This document shows positions 1 through 9,856 of a stretch of DNA of 64,000 nt, in pieces. Source of the DNA: an uncultured Gammaproteobacteria bacterium (lineage in GTDB: Bacteria > Pseudomonadota > Gammaproteobacteria > CAWCPV01); NCBI GenBank assembly GCA_963797555.1, contig CAWCPV010000003.1:512001-576000 (forward strand). The letters are read 5' to 3'. Each line of letters begins with the position of its first letter. Within the stretch, counting starts at the first letter, position 1. The notes below the pieces were generated by a model. The model saw only the letters and a list, made by a program, of their open reading frames with translations. It was not told where the DNA came from and made no database searches. The position numbers and the translations under genes were made by a program.

Positions 1-550
1 TTACATGGAGTACCTCGAACGCGCGGTGTCGGCCCTCAAGTCGGGGCGCGAGCCGGATCTCGAGACCGCCTTGCGGCGCGATACGGACGTCGATCTCCAC
101 ATCCCGGCTCTGCTGCCCGAAAGCTACGTGCCGGACGTGCAACTGCGCCTTGTGCTCTACAAGCGCATTGCCAGCAGCACGACGCCGGAGGCCCTCCGGG
201 ACCTTCACGTAGAGATGATCGACCGTTTCGGGCTGCTGCCAACGCCCGCCAAGAATCTGCTTCGCATCAGCGAGATGAGGCTGAAGGCGCGGGCGCTGGG
301 GATTCGCAGGATCGACCTGGGCCCCCAGGGCGGAAAAGTCTTGTTCCAGGCTCAGCCGAACGTCGATCCCATGGCCGTCGTCAGGCTGATCCAGGGACAG
401 CCCAAGATCTACCGCCTGGAGGGGCAGGACGCGCTACGCGTGAGCCTGTCTCTGGCGGACGCAGAGAGCCGTTTTCGCGCCGCCCAGAGTCTGCTGGACG
501 CCTTGGGCACCGAAGCCGCGGCGGTTCCCCGTCAGCGCGCTTCCGGTTGA
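1..550 (+). CDS. mfd: Transcription-repair coupling factor, C-terminal TRCF domain (5' part outside window)
   Basis: YLERAVSALKSGREP...VDLHIPALLPESYVPDVQLRLVLYKRIAS...EMIDRFGLLP is the typical Mfd C-terminus. Confidence 0.95.
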   Translation, partial: YMEYLERAVSALKSGREPDLETALRRDTDVDLHIPALLPESYVPDVQLRLVLYKRIASSTTPEALRDLHVEMIDRFGLLPTPAKNLLRISEMRLKARALGIRRIDLGPQGGKVLFQAQPNVDPMAVVRLIQGQPKIYRLEGQDALRVSLSLADAESRFRAAQSLLDALGTEAAAVPRQRASG

Positions 551-751
551 TGGTGGCGCCGCGACCCCGCTGGGCCGGAGGAACGCCGCGCGGGCAGAGC
601 TGAACCCATCCCCGCTTTGGCGCCAAGCGCGCCCCGTAGGCACACGTCCAGCCCACCGGCTCGGAGATCTCCATGCGGCGCGATGACTCATTGACGGTGC
701 AGGCGGGCGCGGATCTGCCCACGTCAACGGATAAGCGTCACAAGAGTGCTG

Positions 752-2799
752 TCAGTTCAACCCCAACGCCTTAAACGCCGCCTGGCGCATATCGCCGAAG
801 AACACCGGGTCGACCTGCTCCAGCACGTCCGCGTTGACTTCCAAAAACTGCCGCTTGTTCTCGATCGGGATGAGCGCCCGTTTGGCCCCGTTGTCCATGG
901 CGACCTGGAGCGGTTCGGTGAGGGAGCGCACGGGCTTGATGTTGCCCTGGATGCTCATGTCACCCAGGACCAGGAGCGCCGGCTGCGGGGGCGACTTACG
1001 CAGCGCGGAGTAGGCGGCAACGAAGAAGGCGACGCCGATCTCGGCCTCCACCTTGTTTCCGAGCAGGTCGATGACCTCGACGTGGAAGTCGGAGGTGTCG
1101 ACTTCCCGAGCGTACTCCGAACGCAGTCTTGTTCGCAGAGCAGGTAGCTGAAGGCCCTGGTCACGGACTCTTTCATCGCACCGCTAACGCCGCCCGCGAG
1201 CCTGAGCTTCCCGGTCCCGGACGACAAGGTGACCTCGACACGGTAGAGACCAACGGTGCCTTCTCCGCTCACGGATGCGGTATAGAGCGGTGCCGGGCGG
1301 CAGCGGGTCGGCGGAGATCAGGTCGCGACCACCCTGCTCAGGCACCCCGACGAACTTCTCCTCGCCGGTCTCGTTGACTTGGTAGCTGAACGAGGTCTGG
1401 TAGTACTCGAAGGAGCCCATCTTCTTGAGCTGCTCCTTCACCCGCCGGCGGCCTTCGATCGCGAACTGCAGGATCTCTTCGAGGTCGTCGCGCGAGACCT
1501 GGCCGTGCGGGATGGAGGATCTTCACCAGTCCCGGAGACGGTGCGGCGGACCGCCTTGCGATCGCGGGCGTTGAGGTGCGGCGCCGAGCGAAAAGTAGTG
1601 GTCGATGATCTCGGTGTAGTTGTGCTTGCGGAGGTCGCGCAGGGCCTCGGCGAGGTAGTCGACGACGAAGCCGTAGTGATCGGTGAAGTGCTCGTTGCGC
1701 ATCTTGGGCACTTCCCAGCCCGGCAGGTAGAAGTGCAGCCGGTCGATGAACGCCATGTCGTCGCGGATGACGTCGGGCAGTCGGCGCGAACAGGTGGCCG
1801 GTCTGCACCATCACGTCGACGGGCTGCTGGGTGTTGCCGAACATCGCGATGCTGGCGTAGCCGGCCATCGCCTCCTGGCCGCGCTGGAATTGGCCTGACT
1901 CGCAGTAGGTCTTCATCATGGTGATGACCTCCTTCGGCATCTTCTGGAGGTCGGCGACCTCGTCGAAGCCGATGGCATCCCAGATCTGGACCATGCCCTT
2001 GTAGCGGCCCTGCTGCTGCCCGAAGAGGTTGGCCACCGTCGTCGGGCCGGTGAGCAGCGCAGAGTAGGGGGAGAGCTCCTGCACCGCGTAGCTCTTGCCC
2101 GTTCCGCGAGGGCCCAGCTCGATGAGGTTGTAGTTGCGCTCGCAGAGCGGGATGAGCCGAGTGAGGAACAGCAGCTTGAGCCGCCGCTCCATCGACCGTT
2201 GGCTCGTAGCCCATGCTGCGCACCATGAAGTCGAGCCACTCGTCGGTGGTGAACTCGGCACGCAGCCGACGGTATTCGTCGAGATCGAAGGTCGCGAGCT
2301 GGATCGGGGTGAGCTTCTCGATCCAGAACGGGTACTTGCCCCTGGTCTCCTCGTCGTACTCGAAGCGCATGTCGATCTGCGCCCAGATGCCGCCGGTGAG
2401 AAGCCGGTCGAAGTCGCGCACGTAGTGGTCGGGGATGTGGACGTACTTGTGGCCGAAGTTCGTGACCTCCGCCCAGTACTGGGAGTCGACCAGGCGGACC
2501 TTCACCTTGTCGATGAAGGTGTGCCGGCCGTTCTCCTTGACCTTGCTCTGCGCCTTGGTACTCTCGTCCGGGCGGATGTAGTTGTCGGCCAGGGTGTCGT
2601 TGACCACCTGCAGCCCCATCTGGATCGCCATCTCGTCGGACGAGGCGCAGTACTTCCCGAGCAGGTACTCCAGCACGAACACCGGAACGTTCGCGCCGAC
2701 CTTGACCTTCCGCACCAGGTCCTTGCGGACGACCTTGCCGGCGAAGACGCGGTTGACCTTGTCGTCAAGGGAGTCGCGAGACGGGGCGGTTTCGGTCAT
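752..2799 (-). CDS. brxL: BREX Lon-like protein BrxL, several frameshifts
   Basis: N-terminus FAGKVVRKDL...GANVPVFVLEYLLGKYCAS; Walker A ELGPRGTGKS; AFIDRLHFYLPGWEVPKM; Lon-like C-terminus. Spread over ORFs 1438-2799, 1338-2261, 1523-1756, 1184-1441, 955-1272, 752-1051. Confidence 0.92.
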
Positions 2800-2845
2800 T
2801 GTTGGTTGGTCGTCAGTCGTTGGTCGTCAGTCGTCAGTGTCGGGA
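2800..2845. repeat. Heptamer array (GTCGTCA/GTCGTTG type) between four-helix gene and brxL
   Basis: ggtcgtcagtcgttggtcgtcagtcgtcagt. Confidence 0.85.
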
Positions 2846-3187
2846 TGACCGCAAGGCGTTGAGCATTCGACCCACGCCCGCGCAATCATCCATGATCAGA
2901 GCTAACGAGTCGTTCGGCAAAAAGCCCAACCGATGTGCCAGCTCCGCGTGGGTTTCCAATTCCATCAACGACCCGTACGCGATTGCACAGAAGCGCGTCA
3001 ACTCGGCATCTGTGCCTCGACCCCGTCCCTCGGCAATGCTCGACGGGACCGAGACTGCCGCACGGCGCATCTGGACGGTCAACCCGAACCGCTCATCCGG
3101 CGGGAAACTCTTCGTCGCTTCGTAGACATGTTCCGCAAGCAGCATCGCCTGCTCCCAGACCCGCAAGTCTCTATAGCCTTTGCTCAT
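2834..3187 (-). CDS. Four-helix-bundle protein (23S rRNA IVS protein / Avd-like family)
   Basis: YRDLRVWEQAM...FPPDERFGLTVQMRRAAVSVPSSIAEG...AYGSLMELETH signature. Confidence 0.93.
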   Translation of the reverse strand: MSKGYRDLRVWEQAMLLAEHVYEATKSFPPDERFGLTVQMRRAAVSVPSSIAEGRGRGTDAELTRFCAIAYGSLMELETHAELAHRLGFLPNDSLALIMDDCAGVGRMLNALRSSRH

Positions 3188-3370
3188 TGGCGGTCATCGG
3201 TCATCGGTCGTTGCCAAGGAATCGTCCGGCTGCCGCAGTCCTCCCGCTGACGACCGAAGACCGACGACCGGCGACTCTCCCTCCCTGACGACTGAAGACT
3301 GACGACCGACGACGCCCTGCGCCCTGCAGTCCTCCCGCTGACGACGGAAGACTGACCACCGACGATTCTC
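3188..3370. repeat. Heptamer arrays in both orientations between pglZ and four-helix gene
   Basis: ggtcatcggtcatcggtcg, then three blocks of ctgacgacygaagacygacgacc; cagtcctcccgctgacgac is duplicated. Confidence 0.85.
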
Positions 3371-3372
3371 GC

Positions 3373-5911
3373 TCATATCCCCAGCTTCACCGGCAGCTCA
3401 TCGGACTCGGCCAGCACCCCGTCCGTGCGAGCGTCGAGTACGACGACCCGGAGCGACTGGCAGGCGTCGTTGGTCAGCATCATGCCGACGCTCGCCTCGG
3501 CCCCCAGCGCCAGGGTGAGCGTGCCCTTCGAGCGGTCGAACTGTCCGCCGACCGCCATGCCCGCTCGACCGACCTCCTCCGCACCGGACATCAGCAGGAC
3601 CCGCAGCACGAGCGGCTCGGTGGCGAGCAGGTCACCCGCCGCGCCCAGCTTGAGGCCGAAGGTGCGGTTGGTCACCTTCGGCGGACAGCCCTCGATCCGG
3701 ACGTGCACGCCGGGCACTTCGGCCGGCTTGCCCGCCGCCATGCGCAGGCTGATGACCGGGACCGCCAGCTCCTGCAGGCTGAATCCGCCGTGATGGAAGC
3801 TCAGCCCCCCGCCCGCCTTGAATACCCCGAGCCCGGTCGGGAAGACGAAATCCAGATCCGTGTGGTAGCCGAGATCCGCCCCGGTCACCCGCACCGTGCC
3901 GGCCGGCGTGCTGCCCCCGTACCCGATCCAGCAGCGCCGGTGCAGGTCCAGGGTATCTCCGCCGGGGTTGTCGGTCTTCATGTCGTCGTCCTTGCGGATG
4001 GAGAACTGGTGACCGTGGTCGGCGGCGATGACGAAGTTCTCGATGCCCGCGGCGGCGAGCTTCTTCACCGCCCGCGCGAGGTTCCCGATGATGGCGTCCA
4101 TCACCTGCCGCGCCAGCAAGTCCCCGTCCATCTCCCCGACGAAGTCGATCTCCTGGGAACGGACCACGACCAACGATGCCTTGCCAATGTCCTTGGCAAC
4201 CTTGGACGGCGAGTTGCCGAGCAGCTTTCCCAGCGTCATCTCCACCACGTCCGGCACCTTGGCCTTGAGGAACTTGGTCCGTTCGTTCAGGCCCGGCATG
4301 TCCGTGCCCTCGATGCGCGCCGCGAGCCTTCCCTTGGCCTCCACCACGTCGAAGCTGGCCGAGGCCCCAGGCAGCAGCCCCGCCATGCCGACCGGCGTGA
4401 TGGACGGCAGCGCTGCGACCGCCGCCCGTACTGTGAGATCCTTCGCCCCTTCGATCTGGCGCGCCAGCTCCACGCCCATCTCGAAGCGCATGGCATCGAC
4501 GAAGAAATAGGCGACGCGGCCGCCCTTGGTCAGGACCACGTCGGAGTAGACGCGTGTCTGGTGCAGTGCCCGCGGCACGGTCCAGTGGGATTGTGGCAGC
4601 GCCTTGGCGAACCCGTCCGCCATCGCCCGCAGCAGGTGCTCGTGCTCGTGCCGGACCACCCCGAGCGCCTTCTCCGCCTCCGGCTCGTCGTCCATCTTGG
4701 CGACCCAGGTTTCCAGCCGCCGCTGCAAGGTGTCCGCCCTATGCCAGCCATCCTCGCCCGTATAGGCGGCGAACCACTTGGCCGGATCGCTCCCCATCTT
4801 GGTCAGCGCCGGGCGGATGCGCGCCAGCTCGCGCCCGAGCTCCGCCATCAGCCGGCAAGCCTCCCATTGGGCCTGACGCCGCACGTCGCGGTCCACCCAG
4901 AAGCTGTGACCGCGCTCGGTGATGACGTCCAACGCCGCGTCGTACTGCTTGTCGGCGACGAGCGCGCCCGCATGGCCGAGCAGCCGCTCCTCCTCGAACC
5001 GAAAGGTATCCACCGCACCCAGATGGACTGCATCCACATCTGCACTCGCGAGCCCGAGGTCCTGCTCCACCTTGTCGGCCAGCGCTACATAGGCATCTGG
5101 ATGGCGCCGTCGAAGGCCCTCCGCCACGTCGCGAATGCGCGCGGTCTGCTCCTTTCCGGGCACGCCGGGAACCATGCCGACGGACTTCGGGGGCTCGCAG
5201 GACAGATCGGCCCGGAACTCGTTGACCAACACGTAGCGCGAGGTCTTGTCGCGCGCCTCGGTCACTCCCGTGGCGTCCTGCAGCTCCAGACCCAGGCGGG
5301 CCCCGATCAGCTTGAGAAGCTCAGGGACAGCTTCCTTCTCGACCAAGGATGCGTCCTTCCCGTCGGAGGCGAACCACTCGGTAAGCAGCGCTTCGCCCTG
5401 GGCACCGCCGAACAGGCTGTGCAGCACCGACGCCACCTGGCCCCCTTCGCCCTGCGCCAAGAAGGCGACGATGTCGTCATAGGTCACCGACGCCGGCCGC
5501 AGCATGTCGTCGATCTGCCCGTCGGTGAAACGCTTGCGCAGCACATTCAGCGCCAGGCGCTTGAGCTGCGGCTCGTAGCAGGTGCCCGCCCTTTTCCAGC
5601 TCCATCAGCACCGAGCCCGCGCGGTCCCGTGCAACGCCCGGAAGATAGAGGATCAAGAGGTTCGGGCTTGTCCGCGGCCACGATGGGCTCGACCGCCGCA
5701 CGCAGGCCGAAGAAGGTTCCGTCGATAACGGGCCAGAAAGGCGGCTCGGTCTCCGATCGCTCACCCGTGGCAACACGCCGCCCTCTTGCGCTTCCAGCTC
5801 CCGGTCGAAGAACGGCTCGAACTCGCTCCGAGGGTCGTAAAAGACGACGACCGAGTGCTTCGCGAGAAGCTCGTCGAGGTGCTCGCAAAGGTAGTCGTGG
5901 AAGGGGTTCAC
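3373..5911 (-). CDS. pglZ: BREX PglZ-domain phosphatase, frameshifted near 5' end
   Basis: YFFVDAMRFEMG, ALPSITPVGMA, IAADHGH and HHGGFSLQE PglZ motifs; N-terminus in ORFs 5477-5911 and 5547-5888. Confidence 0.92.
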
Positions 5912-5954
5912 GGGGTTCGATGCTCGCGATTCGGGACCAGGGTTCAGAAAGGAA

Positions 5955-6188
5955 TCACTCGCCCAAGGCGTCGAGAAAGCGCCGGATCAGCTCGGGGTGA
6001 TAGTGGATGCCCGTTTGGAGGGCGCGTTCGAGAAATGGCCTAACCTCGGAGATCACTCCCTCCCGTTTCGCCTTGCCCAATAGACCAAGCGCCCCGGTTA
6101 CTCTCAGCCCCACCGCGAGCGCCATGCGCCGCCCCTTCCACTCGTCGATGCAGACTTGCCCAATACCCTCGTCGATCCGGTTATCCAT
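5955..6188 (-). pseudogene. DUF3368 PIN-like protein, N-terminal part deleted
   Basis: CIDEWKGRRMALAVGLRVTGALGLLGKAKREG matches only the C-terminal half of the full copy at 12324-12812. Confidence 0.75.
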
Positions 6189-6444
6189 GCCGAGCGAAAT
6201 CGATCTCTAGCTCCGCATCATCCGGCCGCAGATTGCTCATCGGAAACCCGATACGAGGCAGCGAGTAAAGAAAATCCACACGGCCCTTGCCACATAACTT
6301 GGCCGCTTGTCCGGAAGAGAGCTTACCCTGTTCGTAGAGCTGCGCCGCCAACAACAGACGAGCCTCATCGGCAAACTCCGCCGGGGACAAACCGAGGTTG
6401 ACGAGCACGTCATCGTCATAGTCGATGATTACTTGATGGGTCAT
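6181..6444 (-). CDS. UPF0175 family putative antitoxin
   Basis: EARLLLAAQLYEQGKLSSGQAAKLCGKGRVDFL. Confidence 0.88.
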   Translation of the reverse strand: MTHQVIIDYDDDVLVNLGLSPAEFADEARLLLAAQLYEQGKLSSGQAAKLCGKGRVDFLYSLPRIGFPMSNLRPDDAELEIDFARHG

Positions 6445-6560
6445 GTCAGGGTCCGGGGTTCAGGGGTCAGGGTTCGGTCGTGGGTCGTGGGTCCGTCAGT
6501 CGTCGGTCGTCGGTCGTCGGTCGTCGGTCGTCGGTCGTCGGTCGTCGGTCGTCGGTCGTC
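6445..6560. repeat. GGGTTCR-type heptamers followed by a perfect (GTCGTCG)8 tandem plus a partial ninth unit
   Basis: gtcgtcg tandem at 6499-6560; ggggttcaggggtcagggttcgg just upstream. Confidence 0.95.
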
Positions 6561-6641
6561 CGATAATAGCGCGTGCCGCGGCCTGCGCCGGTCCTGGTGA
6601 CCGAGCCGTCGGCGAGCAGGGCGCCGATGGCAGCGTGCCGG

Positions 6642-6917
6642 TCACTCACCGTCCCGTTCCTGGCCGCGCTCCAGCAAATCCAGGTCGGCTAGAATCTCGT
6701 CCGCGGTCTGCTGGAACGGCGTGACGCCGTATCTGCCAAGGGCATCGATGAACTCCGCGCGCGAGACCCCGGCGATCTCGGCGGCACGGCCCTGGCTGAT
6801 GCGCTCCAGCTCGTACCACTTCACGGCCGCGGCCATGCGCATCTCGCGAACGAACTCCTCGGGATCCTTGCGGACACTGGCCAGAACGCTGGGATCGATA
6901 TCGAAGGCTAGGTTCAT
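6642..6917 (-). CDS. UPF0175 family putative antitoxin
   Basis: EMRMAAAVKWYELERISQGRAAEIAGVSRAEFIDAL. Confidence 0.88.
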   Translation of the reverse strand: MNLAFDIDPSVLASVRKDPEEFVREMRMAAAVKWYELERISQGRAAEIAGVSRAEFIDALGRYGVTPFQQTADEILADLDLLERGQERDGE

Positions 6918-6997
6918 CGGGGGTTCCTCGGGTTCGGGGTTCAGTCGTCAGTCGTCAGTCGTCAGATGATAGCGAGTGCCGCGGTCTGGGTTCGGGG

Positions 6998-8335
6998 TCA
7001 GGGTTCGGCCTTCAGGAGTTCGGAGCTTGGGACGACCTCTGCTGAACCCTGACCCCTGGTGGACCCTGAACCTTGTACCCTTCTCCTCCCCGAACCCCGC
7101 ACCCTGGTCCCTGCCGGTGCGGGCGCCTCCAGGAGACTTTTCAGTGCATCCTTGACCGCGGCGGAGGTACGTTCGGCGATGAGTCGATCGATCTCATGTT
7201 GGGGGACCTTGCGGGGCGTCCACTTGCCGGGCTTCGCATTGAGCCCCGCGTCGTCGGTCTTCGGTCTTCGGTCGTCAGCAGAAGACGCCGACGACTGAGG
7301 ACTGACAACTGACGACTCCCCTGTCGACTGACGACTGAAGACTGACGCCTGACGACCGTCTTCCGGCTGACGCCTGACGACCGACGACTGATGACCCTTC
7401 TCCTCCCAGAATACGTCTTCCAGCCCATGCGCGATGGCGAGACTTCGATCCTTCGCGCACTTGGGCACGACCCGCTCGGGCCACAGGTGCATGGCGAGGT
7501 GCGCCCAGTCGTAGTCGCCGGCCACCAGCTTGTCCCAGCAGTCCTTGCACTCCCTCTGCCAGGCGCGGTGACGGGGCACCAGGCGCCACAGCGGCGAGAA
7601 GTTGATGATGACGCCGTCGTTGAGGTCCGGATTCCAGAGCGGAGCGACCCGGGCGACCTCCTCGCGGAAGGCACGCAGCTCCTCGACGAAGGTCTCCTGC
7701 TCCGCGATCTCCTTGCGCTGGCTCGCTGTCGGGTTGCCGCCGCCGTCCTGCACCAGGCCGCGTCAGCTTGCGCTCTTCGTGCTGGAGCTTGGGCGTCACG
7801 AAGTCGTTGAGGACCTGGTAGAAAGTGTCCTTGGTGAAGCGGTGGCAGTAGAGCCAGACCGAATAGCTTGCGCGACGGCGTGGTGAGCTGCCAGTAGATC
7901 GGCGCCTTGCGGCGGCTCTTGGAATAGCGCCGGATGTGCTCGGCGAAGAAGCTGCCGGCGAGCCAGCCCTGCAAGTCGTGGCCACGGGGGTCGAGGATCT
8001 CGGCGGCCTCCTGCCAGCGGGCGTCGGCGTCCTCGGCGAAGACGCATCGGAAGACCTGGCGTGCCCGGCCGGTGAGGTCGCGCCCATGGCCCGGGTCGTG
8101 CGACCAGGATGCCGTCCGCGGGGAAGTCGATGGGATAGCCGGGAGGCGGCCCCTCCAGCGGCAGCCCGTCGTCGCCCGTCAGCATGCCCGGCGAGCAGAC
8201 TGGCAGCGGATCGAAAGGCTCGGGCTCCACGGGCGCCGCCCGCTCGCCGGTGGCCAGCCGCAGGTCGAAGCGCCCCAATGCGACACCGACGAGCCAGTCC
8301 ATCAGCTCAGCGACGAGACCGGCGGGGTCGCTCAT
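6998..8335 (-). CDS. pglX: PglX C-terminal segment, frameshifted
   Basis: FFAEHIRRYSKSRRKAPIYWQL, WNPDLNDGVIINFSPL, GDYDWAHLAMHLWPERVVPKC...DRSLAIAHG; ATG overlaps the hicB stop (ATGA). Confidence 0.85.
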
Positions 8336-8568
8336 GCCACCTCGACCACCAGCCGGTGCCGGATGGCCGGCGCGGGCCGACCCAGCTTCTGCAGGCTCTC
8401 AAGGTGCAGGTCCAGCGCCTCGCAAGCGTGCGCGAAGGCCTCCGGAAGGGTGTCGCCGCTCGTGATGATCTCGGGGATATCCGGGAAGGTCACGCTGTAG
8501 GCCGGCTCCTGGGCCTCATAATCGACGGTGAAGACATAATCGCGATAGACATGGCGAGTGGTCATCAT
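8332..8568 (-). CDS. hicB: HicB-family antitoxin
   Basis: YSVTFPDIPEIITSGDTLPEAFAHACEALDLHL. Confidence 0.9.
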   Translation of the reverse strand: MMTTRHVYRDYVFTVDYEAQEPAYSVTFPDIPEIITSGDTLPEAFAHACEALDLHLESLQKLGRPAPAIRHRLVVEVA

Positions 8569-8801
8569 GGCTGCAGAAGCTCCAGAAGCTTACGAATGTC
8601 CGCGGGGTGGCAGTGAGCACGGCCGCCGTGGGGCCGCACCAGGGTCAGCAGCCGCCCGTCGGCGCGATGGTAGGTGCGGTGGCTGCCTCGGGCATTGAAG
8701 AGGACGAAGCCCTCGTAGCGCAGCAGCGCCTCGACCTCGGAGAACCGCACGGACCCGGGCGAGCGGCGCATGCGCTCGATGAGCTTCTCGCGTCGTGTCA
8801 A
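8565..8801 (-). CDS. hicA: HicA-family toxin
   Basis: VRFSEVEALLRYEGF...RGSHRTY...PH. Confidence 0.88.
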   Translation of the reverse strand: MTRREKLIERMRRSPGSVRFSEVEALLRYEGFVLFNARGSHRTYHRADGRLLTLVRPHGGRAHCHPADIRKLLELLQP

Positions 8802-9856
8802 TCCAACTCCTCCCCGGCATCCTCATCGCCCCCGTCCCCAAGCTCCGCAGAGGCCAGCGCCGCGGCCCGGTCGGCCGTGGAGAAGCCGTAAAGATCGAAG
8901 CAGCGCTCGTCGATCTCCGCCTGAATGCGGGCGAGCTCGCCCTCGGTCTCCGCGACCCGGTCCGCCCAGGCCGCCCAACGCTCGCGAAGCCTCGCGCCCC
9001 CGACCTGCAAGAGGGCCGGCAGCACGAAGGCGTGGGAGGTCTGGGTGCGGGTGTCGAGGGAGCGCTTGAGGGACCAGGCGCGGCGGGAGAGGGTGGCGAG
9101 TGCGTTGGGTCGTCGTCAGCGTCGTCGGTCGTCGGTCGTCGGTCGTCAGCGGGGGGACGGGCGTGCTGCTGGATACCCCGACTTCGTAGGACTGCGCCAG
9201 CTCGACCGCCAACTGAAGCTCGACCAGCGCCCGGAAGGGCGGCTGTTGACCACCGCGAGCAGCGCGAGCAGGGTCTCCGGGTCGTCGCCCTCGACGAAGG
9301 CGGCCGGCCCCTTGTCCGCGAAGATGCAGCCCGCCGGCATCGCGCGGATGGAGAGGCCATTGGTCCGCCGCGGCCAGGTGAGGCCGGGGCGGAAGAAGCA
9401 GTCGACGTTCCGGGCGTTGCGAGTCCACTGTCCAGGATCGTCCAAAGAAGCTCGAAGTAAGTCTTCCTTCTGTCGGCTCCCAGTCAACCAGCCAGATACA
9501 CGTCGGCGTAGAAAGGGCTGAGAGCTCCGCCCTTGGCAAAAGGCACACCAACGTCCCTTCCCACGCAGGTAGCCCGGTCTCCCAGACCAAGGCGCAGAAA
9601 TCGAAAATCGTCCGCGCGTCGCCAGTCCCAGACTTCGCGTGTCGCTGTCCGCTGTCCTCAAAGTGGTGGCAAGTGTAGGAACAGTTCCTCGACTTCGATC
9701 GCTTACCCAGTACGCAAACGGTGAGCGCGGCACGGCGCGAAAGGACTCTGGATCGACATCGAACCGCTCCGAATGCGGTCGGGCGTTCTGATCGCCGTCG
9801 CGCAGCGCCGCCGCCTTGTCCTCGGCCTCGATGACGCGGAAGAAGGTCGCCTTCAT
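8798..9856 (-). CDS. pglX: PglX middle segment (target-recognition region), frameshifted
   Basis: MKATFFRVIEAEDK, FRAVPRSPFAYWVS, FFRPGLTWPRRT...MPAGCIFADKGPAAF; ATG overlaps the upstream stop (ATGA). Confidence 0.8.

Noticed and set aside
3194-3376. 60-aa ORF between pglZ and the four-helix gene
   Set aside because: Made entirely of translated heptamer repeats; it may serve translational coupling but is not supportable as a protein.
6445-6560. Repeat arrays as CRISPR
   Set aside because: The units are 7-bp tandems with no unique spacers, and there are no cas genes.
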